A stretch of DNA of 54,557 bases, filler included, from Sluysia triapertura (GCA_046118255.1; 4 parts of 4 records of this genome joined end to end with filler, not necessarily neighbours in it); one strand, 5' to 3'; counted from the whole stretch's first letter, positions 12,676-25,690 are shown. Numbers and translations are program-made. The notes: generated by a model from the letters alone, not told the origin.

Positions 12676-13779
12676 AAATTGTCTCTAAAATCAATATGGC
12701 CGCCACACTAATAAATAGAAGTTATCCAAATGGCGGTCTATTGCTCTTTGTTTATATAGTTTTTTGATTTTAAGGAATCATATTTGTAAATTTGATTTAA
12801 TAAAACAATTCATTTCTAGAAACTTCTTTTTGAATTACCTTTAAAATAATTAAGTATTAATTTTAATATTACTATAATTATAAATAGAATTTTTTAAATA
12901 ATAGTAATTTTAATAATTTTTATAGTATTTATAATATTTATACTTTTTTAATAAATACACAAATCATAAAATTACATAAAATATAAAATAAAATATAAAT
13001 AATTTTATATAAAAATATCAATAAAAATACTTATTTACAACATTTATATATTAATTTATTATTTATTTCTTGTATTTACCGTGTCATATTTTAATGTAGC
13101 GAGCAAGTTCACTTTTGTATAATAAAATTTTCTCATTTTCATTATTCAAAATATTTCTAATTCAAAACAAAGAACATCTAATGATTTTAGTCGGCCTGGG
13201 TAAAAGTACGCCAACTGATTTTTGAGATTTAAAAGAAATTAAAATATAATTTGAAACAAATCGTAATTAAACAAGAATTGTAGATAGATTATTTATAAAT
13301 GTACCCTAGACGCCTTCGGAAGATTGAGATTATGCATCTTCACATGTATACGAAAGAAGATGCTGTTAATATAAATTCACAGAAAGGATGTATCTTTATT
13401 CAAATGTATAATTTAAAGGATTTGTCTCTCTTAGAGAAAGAGACACTAACTTTAAATAAATAAATTCAAACTTGATAAAAATCGCCTAAATAAAAAAAGA
13501 AATAAATAATTGTAGCTTTAGTGATAGAATTATTCCATAAAAATATGCGTTACATAAATTAATTAATTTACTCATATGTACTCTCAGATTCCCAATAAAT
13601 TTGAATAAATATTCCTTTAATTTAGTTAACATCAGGTAGACATGTCTCTCGGAAGAGTACAAACCGTATACTACAGACGAACCCTAGATTGGCATTCATT
13701 TTGTAAGTTAGTTTTCAAGTAAAAGAGCTTGCAAATTCATTAATATAGAGATAACCAATCATATTGTTTTAAATCCTAA

Positions 13780-13885
13780 AAATAATAAGCTCATTCCAGT
13801 CACCATAACGCATTCATAAAGCATTTTCATTTTAATAACACCCGTACGTTCGAGCAGGACCAGCATGAAAGGATTATTGTAGAAT
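13780..13885 (-). mobile_element. Possible Gypsy integrase zinc-binding fragment
   Basis: SFHAGPARTY...W*.GM resembles GHxGxxRTYxxLxxxYWWPGM; frame-broken. Confidence 0.3.
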
Positions 13886-15309
13886 GAAAATGAAAATATT
13901 ATTCGTCACAGTATAATATTGGTGAAAAATACTATATAAATTTGTGCTTTTCACATTTAATCAACGCTGTACAAATTGTAGTATTTACGACTTCTCCACA
14001 AATACGATCTATGGAGAAATTTCAAATTATACTTACCGATACATTAGTTGTCGGTGATTATTTTAAATTATATTTGCATATTGTAGAAGATAAAATCTTT
14101 TAAATATTTAAAATTAAAAATAAATAAAATTTATCTGCAAAGTTACTTGTAGCATTTATTTTAGTTGCAATGTCATTTGAGATATTAAATCTCTCTTAAT
14201 AAGTTTGATAAATCGAAGCTTTTATTCAACATCATTTAAATTTGAAATTATAAATGCTTAAGTTAATTCTATAAAGTTTACAGATAATTTAATATTAAAT
14301 TTATCGTCGATAGTGACTAACTATTAACAAAGATTGTATCATGTAAAATATTTCGTAAGTTTTATTAACCTATTTTAAATAAATTAGTAAGTTGTTTAGT
14401 AATAATATAAAATAATAGTAATAATAATAGTAATACATTAAAAATATAAACGCTATTCTTGAGTTTTATATAATTTTGTTTTCGAAATTACGTTTTCCAA
14501 GTATATCTACTGTGCAAGGAAAGCTGTAGAGAATATTATCATTTTTCTCGTGTCACCGAAGTTGGAGAAACGTTTTATCCAACTGCAGATTGAATATTTT
14601 ACTGAAGTTTGATAAGATCATTTTATGCTACTTAAAATTTATCTATTTAATATTTAAGTTGAAATGAGCTCCAGAATTAAGAAATTCCACGTTATTATCT
14701 TTTACTATGTCAAGGTTGTATTTGGTATATTAATATTTTGATATATTAATCGATATCTGAATAATAAAATAAAATACTCCGTCAAAGGAATTAAATGTCT
14801 CGGGCTAAAGATGATTACGTTAGTGATAAAGATTACTTAAGTTTAAAAAAAACAGAAACTTGATTATATAATTGGTCTGGTTTTTTGTTGCAATAAATTT
14901 ATGCCATATTTATTATCTAATTGTTGTTCTTTGTATGGGCCGTATCTTACTAGTAAGATCGTTGACTTAGTATAATGGGCCAATGCATTATTTGTAAAAG
15001 AATATGATGTAAACACCATAAAAATATGTTCGTTCGTTATGATTTTGTTATTTGGTATTTTTATTTTCTTGGGTCATTGTTTTTATCTATTTATTTATGT
15101 TTGGGATCAATGTATTTTCAGTGGATTTAAGTATATGCACAGATAATTTTTGATCATTTATTTCTAATAATAAGAAAATTTAATAAATTAAAATATTTTT
15201 GTTGAGTAATTGAAGGTCATCTGATCTTGAAATCAAAGGCATCACTCTGAAGATATTTATGCATTTTTGGAATACTTAATAAACGATTTATTAATTTAAT
15301 TTAAGCATA

Positions 15310-15525
15310 TAAGGCTTGAAACTTTTCTGGACTTTGTGGTATATAAGTTATTTCTCAATTTTTTAATTCAGCCAATGAATATTTTAATACATGATGAATG
15401 TCACATCCACATAAATTATGAAGTACTACAGATGAAGTGGGATGAATTTTTCTACTTAAACTACATTTATTAGAAGATGTACTTAAATACTAACCACTAA
15501 AATGATCATGATCTTTAACACGTCG
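15310..15525 (-). mobile_element. Polinton/Maverick-type protein-primed PolB N-terminal remnant
   Basis: In order: RVKDHDHFSG* (~15492-15522), VVLHNLCGCDIHHVLK (~15383-15430), IPQSPEKFQ (~15316-15342). These correspond to the VRDHCHxTG, PVxFHNLxGYDxHxII and IPxNxEKYIS motifs; stops and frameshifts are present. Confidence 0.65.
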
Positions 15526-15549
15526 CAAAGTGCGGTTATACCCGGCAAT

Positions 15550-15780
15550 TTTTGGCAACTTGAAATCAAATGAAAGCTGCAGCTGACTAAAATATTTCCA
15601 TTAATAAAAACGGACCATAATGAACTCACAGTGCTTACTAGTACATTGATACAGTCTCCCAATACTTAATGTCTTGAACAAGTCAGGACACATATTTTTA
15701 ATTTCTGAAATACCTTCTTCAATGATGTTCCAAAAATCAAATTGTTTATTTGCATCCATTTCAACTTCTGTTACTTCACA
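15550..15780 (-). other. Candidate spliced exons of an unidentified gene
   Basis: TTTTAG acceptor at ~15781, open frame CEVTEVEMDANKQFDFWNIIEEGISEIKNMCPDLFKTLSIGRLYQCTSKH, then a 43-nt GTGAGT..TTTTAG intron with the frame continuing (FSCSFHLISSCQKLPG). No recognised homology. Confidence 0.3.
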
Positions 15781-17306
15781 CTAAATAATAAAAACATACT
15801 TCAGGACATATAAAATAATTGATTCGAAAAATTTATACATATTATAGTTGTTTTTATTGTATTTTAATAAATTAATAACGCACGGTTCTTTATTTAACAA
15901 TATCTGCCTACGATGTACGATTTTGTACATAAAAGGACGTACTCGTATAATTTGATTACAAAAGGAGCTTAAATTCAAATTTCTGTAAACGGTTTTAGAT
16001 TGTCTTACCTTAACTTATCGCGTGCCCCAACTATTCAAAAGAAATAATAAACAAACTAAACTAGGTCGATATTCAATACTAAAATTAAATCCATTTGCAG
16101 CAAGGTTTATACTTTTAAATGTATACAATTACGACAATGAGGTTATCTTATTACTTAAAACTCAAATTTTAATAAATGATTTTATCACTAGCTTAAGATA
16201 GCGTGAAAATTTTATAATGTAAGTAACAATAAGGAACTTACGGACTAAATAGTATAAAGTGAGGTATATAACGAGGTTATTCATCCACCAGGATATTTGT
16301 ACGTTCTCTACCAGTAAAATATGCCTCGGTGAGAATAATGATCAAGATTTAAATAATTCTTTCACAGAATATCAAATGTATGTACGAATTTTGAAAACTA
16401 GATCCTTTCAGGATATCATTGCTTATTAGTGTCGAGTTTAGACTTTTAAAAAATTCTTTTTTGCTATTTGTATTTTTCATTGTTTATTTATATCCAAATT
16501 TGCTCCATATGTTTAATTTCATTTAATTTAAAATTCAAGATTTTAATTTACAGCTGCTGTCTATATTTTCATAATAATAATCTAAACAATTTTTTAATAA
16601 TTTGGTTTAGATAAAATTTGATGGTTCTCGATTAATTATATTTAATAACTTTCTCTATCGATGAAGACGATATTCATTTTATACATTTTTTCGACAGACA
16701 AATTTTTATACCAATTAAAAGACGATTAACACACTAAGATAGACTTAAATAAAATTATTTACACAAATATTAATAATACAACTATGAAACACGAAATTGT
16801 TAGTATATTTTGAATTTTTTGAAATATACGAGTAAGACATTTGGATAATAAAAGCGACTTTGTTGTAGCTATTTATACATACACAAAACTTTTCTAATAA
16901 CACACATAATCTACTAAATTCTTTGTTCTATTGATTGAGAACACAGGTGAAGTGGAATTTTTTTCTGTAAAAAAGTTGTGTAAAAATTGAAGCATCATTT
17001 TCATACATAATGTCACACATCGAAGTTGATAAATCAATACCAAAATCGTCAACTTTGGTTGATAAACGAAAATTTTCGACTGATACAGATAGATTTGATA
17101 AATATTAGATAATCTAATCAATTCATTTGTGAAAGATGAAACACTAATGTACAAAAACTCAATATGTTTAACTAATATGAAATGTACTTTTTACAAATTC
17201 AAATCACGTGTACATATCATGTCAACTCAATTTGGTGCTGCTTTATTAGAGATAAATAAAAAGGATATAACATTACTAAATGAAATATTAAACAAGCATA
17301 AGTTAC

Positions 17307-17388
17307 CTTGGCTCTTTTCTGATCAGCGGAATCTAGGATGGATCCTCTATAGCACTTTTCATTGTAAATGATCATTGTCCAGTGTATT
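17307..17388 (-). pseudogene. Isolated exon resembling the Ulp1/SENP (C48) protease His/Asp segment
   Basis: 82-nt block bounded by TTTACAG and GTAACT, encoding IHWTMIIYNEKCYRGSILDSADQKRAK. The HW-x15-DS spacing equals that of SENP1 (HWCLAVVDFRKKNITYYDS). No catalytic Cys segment found. Confidence 0.35.
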
Positions 17389-17399
17389 CTGTAAATAAT

Positions 17400-17830
17400 G
17401 ATCCAAATTATTTCACCGCTTAAGGCCTCGGCACATTCAGACGATTTCGATTCACGAGGATACATTCTGACAATCGAGTGGTGGCGGCAGTTGGACTTCA
17501 GACAACAAGTGTTCTTTGCATTTATGTTCGCCGCCTTTGTGGTTCTTCACGGATTTCTCTTCCACATAATGTTCAATGACAACTTCTACATATTTACCTT
17601 CAAGTTGGAACAAACGAAATTGAATCTGAACGGCAAGGTATACATGCAAAATGTGAAGTACAAGATGGAAATACACATCTTAGTAGGCATCTGGAAAGAG
17701 TACACAGTTCAAGTCATCCACAGTGGGCACATGTCAGTCCAGAGTTTGAAGTTCCTGGAGAAAGATCTAGAAGTGGTAAGCACGTTATGGCTAAAGTGCA
17801 AGCTCAAGTCTTTCAGAGCACCATTGTTAA
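17400..17830 (+). mobile_element. GC-richer island with a degenerate BED-finger-like motif (possible hAT transposase remnant)
   Basis: Composition differs from the flanks. An unlisted frame reads HAKCEVQDGNTHLSRHLERVH (~17640-17705), like AxCxxC...GxTSNLxRHLxxxH but lacking the second Cys. Confidence 0.3.
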
Positions 17831-20122
17831 GGTTATTATTATTTCATCTAAATATTTCATCTAAATATTCCATCTATTATAAATCTACGAATTGTCTTTT
17901 CCAATGCACAAATGCTTGTTCAAATATTTAAAGTCTTGTCCGATAGAAAATAATATTTATTTAACTAATAAAAACAATATGTAAATTGGAAAAATAAACG
18001 AAACATCAATCGTCTGTAAATATAAAAAATTTCAATGTTTTATGAAGAAATGTTTAGTTTAAACGTTTAATTTCTATCTCATAGTTAAATAATTGTTTCA
18101 GATAGCTATCATTTAAAAAATATTATTTTGTAGCATATGAAGGAGTTTAAACGAAGCGACTTGAGAAAGTTGGAAATATGGAATGAATGCACCAGCAATT
18201 GAGAAGAAGATTAACTCCGTGCTTGGCACCGGTATTGCCAGAGAATAATTGCAAAATTCATTGTTGGTAATTTAGTCGTTAAGCATGAAGAGAGAATTAA
18301 ATAATGGTTTACTAAAATATAATAATTATAATAATAAATAAAATTATAATAATTTACTAAAATATAATAGTTTAGTATAAAGTAGGAATAGGGGTTAGTA
18401 TTGTATTCATTATTGATTACATTTTGTATTAATACGGGTTCTAAAATTTAAATAAGTTGTGTCACCCCTGGATGTGATTTTTCATTGAATAATAATTTAT
18501 ATTACTATAAAGAATAATTTGTATTGTTGTAAAGAATATTTTAGATGTAATCTTGTGATAACATAAGTACTAATCAAGCAATGAGTAAAGGTTAATAATA
18601 AAGATACAATCAAGGCAAGTTTAAATTCTCAATTTTCTCGTAAGCTCTCTAAAACATATTAAGAATGGCATTGTGATATGTGCTCGCATAGACAAATTCT
18701 GCCTAAAAGAAGCCATAGGTTTCCATTAAATTACATGAAATAAATATAAATGTTTTTCATGATAAAAGTAAGAACAAGAACGAAAAACATAAAAGATCAT
18801 CATCATTGTCAATTTTAATAACATATATGCAGTTTTTTGGGTTAGTATCTTCAAATTTAAATGAATAATTTTATATTTGCACTTGTATCATTCTATAAAT
18901 AATACAAGTTTGCGATGCTGTTTCAGCACATTATCAGAAGTTCGATGTGGATTTTTTATATTTCCAGCTCACTGCTGCGATAAAACTATTGAAATAAAAT
19001 AAAAATATGGCGATACTAAATGGTTAACTCATCGGTAGCTCGTGCAACATTTGCTTAAATGGAAAAGTTTACTGATATTTTTTGTTTTGGATCTTATTGT
19101 ATGCTTTAAAAAAATGTTTCCAAAAATATTATTTGAATTGTCGGGTTTGGTTAAAGATGAAGTGTATATAAGGTTACAGCATATAGTGTAAGAATGAAGT
19201 AAGTATAAAATAAGTATAAGAATAAGATAAAATATTACGAATAATTGTGCTACTGGGATACATGTATAAATAAATAAATAAATTAATTAATTAAAAATTA
19301 TATAATTTCGTAATTTCGTAAAAATGTCTGCACATGATAAAATAACATTAGAATTAGTTGAGTTTTATTAGTATTACGAAGCACGTCAACGTAAAAATTA
19401 TTTATTTTAATTAGTTTTATAATCTAAAATTAAATAAGTTGTAATGCCTAAGTATAATTAAAGCATGTATTAAATTAATGCTTACGAAGATACCAAATCG
19501 AGTACGATGTATGGTATATTAGTTTTATGTTTATTCTAAGTTGACACAATATTAGTGTAATAATGATATTAAATTCTGATTAAGTTACACTGAAAAGATA
19601 AGGGGATTGTTCATCACAAATCTCATTATCTTTGGGTAATAACTGTTGAAATTTAATTATTGAAATTGGTTGGCTTATACCGACTAAAAGAAATGAATAA
19701 TTAAATCAAGTAATTATTTCCATTTTCCAATTGTCAATCTCCTCAGCAATTATCCAACTATCGATCGCATTTTAAATAAAATTAAAACAATGCAAATAGA
19801 TAAGACAATATATATAAATATAGAGATTCATTTTTCATTGAAAGATATGCATCAACTAATTTGTGATTGAGGATTTATCTTTAGCAATTGACACAGACTT
19901 ACGAGTAATAGAACTATTATTGCGGTTAGTGATTTGCGTTTTTATTATTTTATTGCCTTGTTGTGTCACCCCTGGAATACTTTGAATTTATATACTGTTT
20001 TTAAAGAATAACCGATAATTTTGTTATTTCTGTGATATTTAAAATATATTGAGATTATGTTGAGATATATGCCTAAAGTGCCACTTAGTATAATTAACTA
20101 TAATAATCTGAAATTGTTAGCT

Positions 20123-20183
20123 AGGCTGATAGCTCAGTTGATAGAGTTCGAATCCCGGTCAGTCTATTTTATGAAGTCTAACA
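20123..20183 (+). mobile_element. tRNA-derived SINE-like element or internally deleted tRNA pseudogene, copy 1
   Basis: Acceptor stem AGGCTGA/TCAGTCT. The A-box TAGCTCAGTTGATAGAG is fused directly to the B-box TTCGAATCCC (anticodon arm missing). The tail TTTTATGAAGTCTAACA is shared with copy 2. Confidence 0.7.
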
Positions 20184-20659
20184 ATTATATATTAATTTAA
20201 TTATTGAGTTAACGTTGAATATTTTGAATAACGACACTAGAATTATACTAAATGAACTTCAACAAAATCGATCTTTGAATCGATTGACAGATCCAATTAG
20301 ACATTGTGGTTGTTAATTGTCGTCATTAATTGTTATTAATTGTTAAGAATGTCAATAAATTATTATCGAATCCCCATTATTTTTGATATTCGATTTAATT
20401 GACTGTGAAGCTACTGAAAGTCGAGACTTTGTTAAATGTTTATCAACATTTTTATCGTTATTTTTCAATGAATTAATGTAGGTTAATAATTGTTTATGTA
20501 CTTGTAAGTAGATCGAAATTGTCCAACAAAGAATCCATTTGAATATTTGGTATACATTGTTCATTTCGTACATTTTGAACATATTTTTAAGAATATCGAT
20601 TGAAGTTAGTTTGCTTTCTCATTTGTAAAGATATTGTAGTTATCCAAAAAGAAAAAGAT

Positions 20660-21650
20660 GCTTACACAAAGAAAATTTACAAATTGATGCGTGATATACG
20701 TGTTAAAATATGAAAATTTCTGAAATTCCAAAATGTTCTCACCTTCATTAGCTGAATGAATTGCGTGTTGGTCGTGATGAATCCATGCTAGAAATTGAAG
20801 GCGATGAGAGAAAAAAGATTTGTAGTTTTGTAGTTAAATTTCTTCAGCTATTTCCAGATCTGCACTTAATAAATTTAATGAATTGTTAGAGCTAAGTGAA
20901 GAATAAAACAAGTTATACAAATGTTCCCAATAATCGATAAAAAGGTTGCATCGGATCGACCTAAACTTGTATATCCATTAACGCAAATGCGAATTACAGT
21001 AGGTGCTACAGAGTGTCGGTAATTAATTGTGCCCTGGATGCTGTGTTGAATGTTAATTTACATGTTTAAAGGGCGAATACCAGCGCATCCGTTGAAATAT
21101 ATTATGAATTATTAAATTATTAGAATTAACTAATCTGGACTATTCGAGAATCATGGCAGACATGCAGTCAAACTCATGCCGATAGACGTTCAAGATGATG
21201 AACTTCTTAAGCTTGTAATGGACAATTTGACGAATGTAGTGAACCAAGATTCAAAATGAAAAATTTACAATTTTTTAAGAAAGAAATTGACCAGTATGAT
21301 CGGAACCAGTGAAAGTGTGATGATGCTTGATATCGAAAATTACATAATGAATCTCCGAGAACAAGTACCAGAAGTGGCCGCGTCTCCACCATCTCCCTTC
21401 TCTGTGGCACCCATAGCATTGATTGAACTCCTTCAGATGCACTGCTCATGGAAAATTAATAAATTTAAAAGTAAATTACGTGATTAACACTGGAAATGTA
21501 AAACAATGTATAAATGTTACTGTTTATTTTATTTTTGGGACACCCAAACTTTGTCCTGTACCGTGTCTCAATTTAAAATTGAAGAGAATGTGTGAAATTA
21601 AATATTTGAATCGCAGATACGACAATAAAGTTTTCATAAGAACCTCCTAG
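20660..21650 (+). pseudogene. Second, more decayed CBP/p300-like C-terminal (HAT end/ZZ/TAZ2) fragment
   Basis: GNVKQCINVTVY..TPKLCPVPCLNLK matches the TAZ2 end (CKQLIALCCYHAKHC..KCPVPFCLNIK). Upstream echoes in order: TKKIYKLMRDIR, FLQLFPDLH, DRPKLVY, CSEPRFKMK. Multiple stops and frameshifts. Confidence 0.55.
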
Positions 21651-22819
21651 AAGAAAACAATATCTACATTGTCATCGCTAATTTCAAGTATCATGTATGA
21701 GTCTTACTTTGTACCGATGAAGGCAATGAATGTGCACTTTTAAGTGTTGACTGTGCTAATGAATTATATGGAATTACACTTTTAGAATCGATTCATAATC
21801 ATATCTCCTTGCTGATTTATTTTTATTACTTATTTTGTATTTTTAAAACTTTTATTATTTCCTACACATGCACCATGTTATGATTATTAAAAGTTAATAA
21901 TAATTTGTATTCAAATATTTGTGTGGTCTTATATTTGTGCCATTATAATACGCATATAGTCCTAAATTCTTATTGTGTTCATAATCTGAACATATTCTAT
22001 TAATATTATGCATACTTATTTTGAAAGTTAGTTCGTGCAATGTTTATACTTTATTAAGTTTTTATTATCGTAATTTGTAAGTACTTGTTTGTTAGTATTT
22101 GTTATTATTTGATAATATTTAGTTTATTTAATTTAAGAAAATTATTGATTTATGGATATAAGAACAAAGAAATTATTAAAAGAATTATCATTCAATTAAT
22201 GAAATATTATTATATTAATTTAATATAACATAACATCGGTGATATAATTGTGGTATTGCTAAATAAAATGTGATAATATTCGCCAACCAATGAAATAGAG
22301 TGATAAATTATAAATAAAACCTGCATAATTTATTCTTACTAATGCATTTTTACAGTGTTCTTAATCCCTAATGATAAATATAATTACATGTTTAGAAAAA
22401 TAAAGAAAGCTTATTTTCAAAAAGAAGATTTTTCAGTTATAATTTAAAAGGAAGGCCACGTGGAAATCTTCGCGTAAATAGTAAATCATTATTGCTTTAG
22501 AAGGCCGTCTTATTTAATAAGTAAGGCAAATATATACATAAAATGTTTGCTATTTCTCGTATCTTATGAATACTACAACAAATAGTAAATCATTACTGCT
22601 TTAGCAAGAAGAGTTTGTTTTTTCAACTTAACAATTATAATTTAAATCGGGTTCGTCTGCGGTAGACGTATCCACAGAAAAATTGCTACGTAAGATGTTT
22701 CCTTGCTCTTGAAAATTGCGAATAAAATTATATGGGTCTTTTAGTTGTATTCTTATGCGTTTATGTTTATCGATTAATAAATTTGATTTCACTTTTACTC
22801 TATTTTTATCTCTTGAAAT

Positions 22820-22952
22820 TGTAGTGGTCAACTTCAATAACCTAAGATTAAAATAAATCTCACTAAAAAATAACCTTACTAACAGCCATACTCTTTAACC
22901 ATAAACACTACACAATTTATCTCATAAAACAATAATACACAATCATAACACT
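22820..22952 (+). repeat. TGT(A/G)GTGG(T/C)CAAC-headed repeat, copy B, at the contig end
   Basis: TGTAGTGGTCAAC followed by CA-rich sequence up to the spacer. Confidence 0.4.
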
Positions 22953-23052
22953 NNNNNNNNNNNNNNNNNNNNNNNNNNNNNNNNNNNNNNNNNNNNTTAA
23001 TTAATTAANNNNNNNNNNNNNNNNNNNNNNNNNNNNNNNNNNNNNNNNNNNN
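22953..23052. other. Artificial contig-joining spacer
   Basis: 44 N + TTAATTAATTAA + 44 N. Confidence 0.97.
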
Positions 23053-23204
23053 ATATGCTACCTAACACTAACTATAAAACATTTCATCATATGACTAAAA
23101 AAGATTGGTACAGTGGACGATTACCCCTAAAACATTCTCCTTATTTAATCCTCTAAAACAATGTGTAACATGGCCTGCTTAAGCCTGAGAAACTTGCAGA
23201 AATA

Positions 23205-23245
23205 CGAGTGAGACCAATTGGTCCCAACGGAGGCGAAAGGGTTAA
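23205..23245 (-). mobile_element. piggyBac-type terminal inverted repeat
   Basis: The minus strand reads TTAA|CCCTTTCGCC..., with an internal palindrome GACCAATTGGTC; the same TTAACCCTTTC start occurs at 49152. Confidence 0.5.
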
Positions 23246-23414
23246 CACCATCCTAGACCTTGTATTTAAATTACATATAACACTATTGATCTTAAGTATT
23301 AATTTAAATTCTTTTTGTTATTATAGTCATTCCATGACTTATTTTATAATAGTATATACATTTATAATTTTTCTTTTAGTTGTATATAGATTTAATAGAT
23401 ATTAGGATTTAAAG

Positions 23415-24380
23415 TGTGGTGGCCAAACACATCAATCAAAATCTTAACCTTTCATAAAACATTAACATATCACAACTACAAAACAACCAAACAACCGAAC
23501 ATATTTAATTTCAATAACTTAAAATATTAAATTTAAAACTTTTTCGTTAAAATTCAAAATTTATTAAAATAAAATTTCTATAAAAACATTCTCAACTTGC
23601 CTTAATTCTCTTTTTCTTTTTACCACTCGTACTTCTATTTCCACATCACCATTAACAATCTTTGAAAGTTTTAGAAAATATTCATGTAAATCAGCAGGAA
23701 TTGAATACTCGATTTGAAACTGATTATCTTGATATATTAGACGAAGTTGAAAGTGTAAACGAACAATTGGAATTGTATAACGACATGATTAAAGAAATAT
23801 CCAAAATTAAGACTCAAGAAATGCCTATTTTAAAATTGAAAAAGGAAGATAAATTTTCTCGATTATTGAAGATCAAAACAACCCAACACTTTAAGAATTT
23901 TATTTCATTAAAACACAATAAAGTCATCCTTCAGAATGTTCACAATTGTTATTATCATCAAACATTTTAAAAATAAAATTTTATTCGGCTAAATCTTATT
24001 CGACATCGAAAATCATCAATCATACACTTAAAAAATCAAGTTAAAACATTTCAAAATTTAATTCAACATATCGCGCATAAAACCACATTCTATAACATTT
24101 TACTATTTTTTCATCAAAACCTTTTTCATATTTTATCTCCTTTACATCCACTAAAACAATTTCTATTTCATAACTTCATAACATTAAAATTACATTCACT
24201 TCCAGATTTAAAAAATTCATTAAAAACATTTTAATCCATAATTTCACAACACCAGAATTACATTATACATCTTAAAATCAATCCAAAACATTTAAAGTTT
24301 ACAATCCTTTAACATTTAATCTCTAATATTAAATTAACACTTTGAAACCATTTAGACATCATAATCAAAATAACATTTAA
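23415..24380 (+). repeat. TGTGGTGGCCAA-headed LTR-like repeat, copy C (contains coiled-coil-like ORF 23662-23970)
   Basis: Head motif at 23415. 24110-24330 shares ATCAAAACCTTTTT..ATATTTTAT and ACATCTTAAA..CAAAACATT..AAGTT.ACAATCCT..AACATT with the minus-strand copy at 51000-51283. Confidence 0.55.
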
Positions 24381-25690
24381 ACTTCTAGATAAAAGAAATA
24401 ATATGTTAAGAAATAGAAAGTTATTTAAAGACAGATTTTGTTGAATAAAATAAAGAAAAGATTTATGCATTGAATTTTCATTATTCTATTTTATCTATTA
24501 TTATAATTATTATTACTATTTAACATTGTTCATTTGTCGCAATTATTATTATTATTATTAATTTATTTATAAATCATTAACTTCAGTTGCATCTGCCACT
24601 AGTTGACTGATTCAAATTTAATAATTACTACTATGATTGTCAACTAGTGCTGTCACTGAGTGCAGATGTCTGATCTGCATTTTCTGTCATTTATAATTGG
24701 ACATCCAGTCAATCCTGTTTTACTGCATACATTTATTTTCCTGATTAGATGCCCAATCGTAGTTAATTAACAAACACGATGACACAAAAAATTAGGATAG
24801 ATACTCAATTAAAAGTTTTGTTCAACTACATAATGAATCAGAACTTCATTGATAATTACAATAATACAAAAAGTGCTTTTAAAAATAAAATACTTACAAA
24901 ATTCAGACAAAAACAATTTTAGGCTCCTATCTTTATTCTGATATGTACAATTTCAGAATTATAATTATTAGAGAATCGTGTGGTTTTTTATGATCATTAC
25001 ATCCCAATTATGTATTCAAAAAGACCATTTAGTTTTACAGTTTATATGTCATCCAAATTAGTTGATAGAAATGTAGACTCTCTAGAGAAAGATAAATTAA
25101 AATTCGGTTACGTTAATTATTCTATTATGAACAAGCAAACAAATTATCACAGTTTTAAAGATAAATATGAATAAATAAAGATAAAAATAAATATTTTAAA
25201 TACCAGAACAATTATTTTGTAAATATAAAATTAATTAATAAAACAATAGTTTTACATAGAATATTCTATAAATTGTTTAATGTATTGCAAACAGTTACAT
25301 ATGTCTCGAATTATGAAATTAGTAATTTGTATGTTAGTCTTGAGCAACTGTACAAGAAGTTTAACCACGCAACTTTATCCAGTTCGGTCAAAAGAACTTA
25401 TTATGATTTGTAAAAGTAACAAAGAAATCATGTTTCTTTTTTAAAAGTATTATGTTACAAAAAAGATAAAAGGATTTTTATATTAAATGAAACCAATGAT
25501 GAAGTTTTACAAAAACTTAATGCTATTTTAATGACTCACAAATTAGTATATATCGATTATCTTGTCATGACAAGTAAAGAAACATTATTCAAGACAGACG
25601 TGTCAAACAATAAATCATTTTAAAATTTCTCATGGTGGTAATATACCTTTCAATGCAAATACACAGATTTATCTGAATGAAGAAAAACAA

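Noticed and set aside
12690-12740. YY1-like ATGGC(C/G)G motifs as a promoter
   Set aside because: No gene is nearby; more likely part of a repeat or TE remnant.
20123-20166. Functional tRNA gene
   Set aside because: The anticodon arm and the 5' side of the T-stem are deleted.
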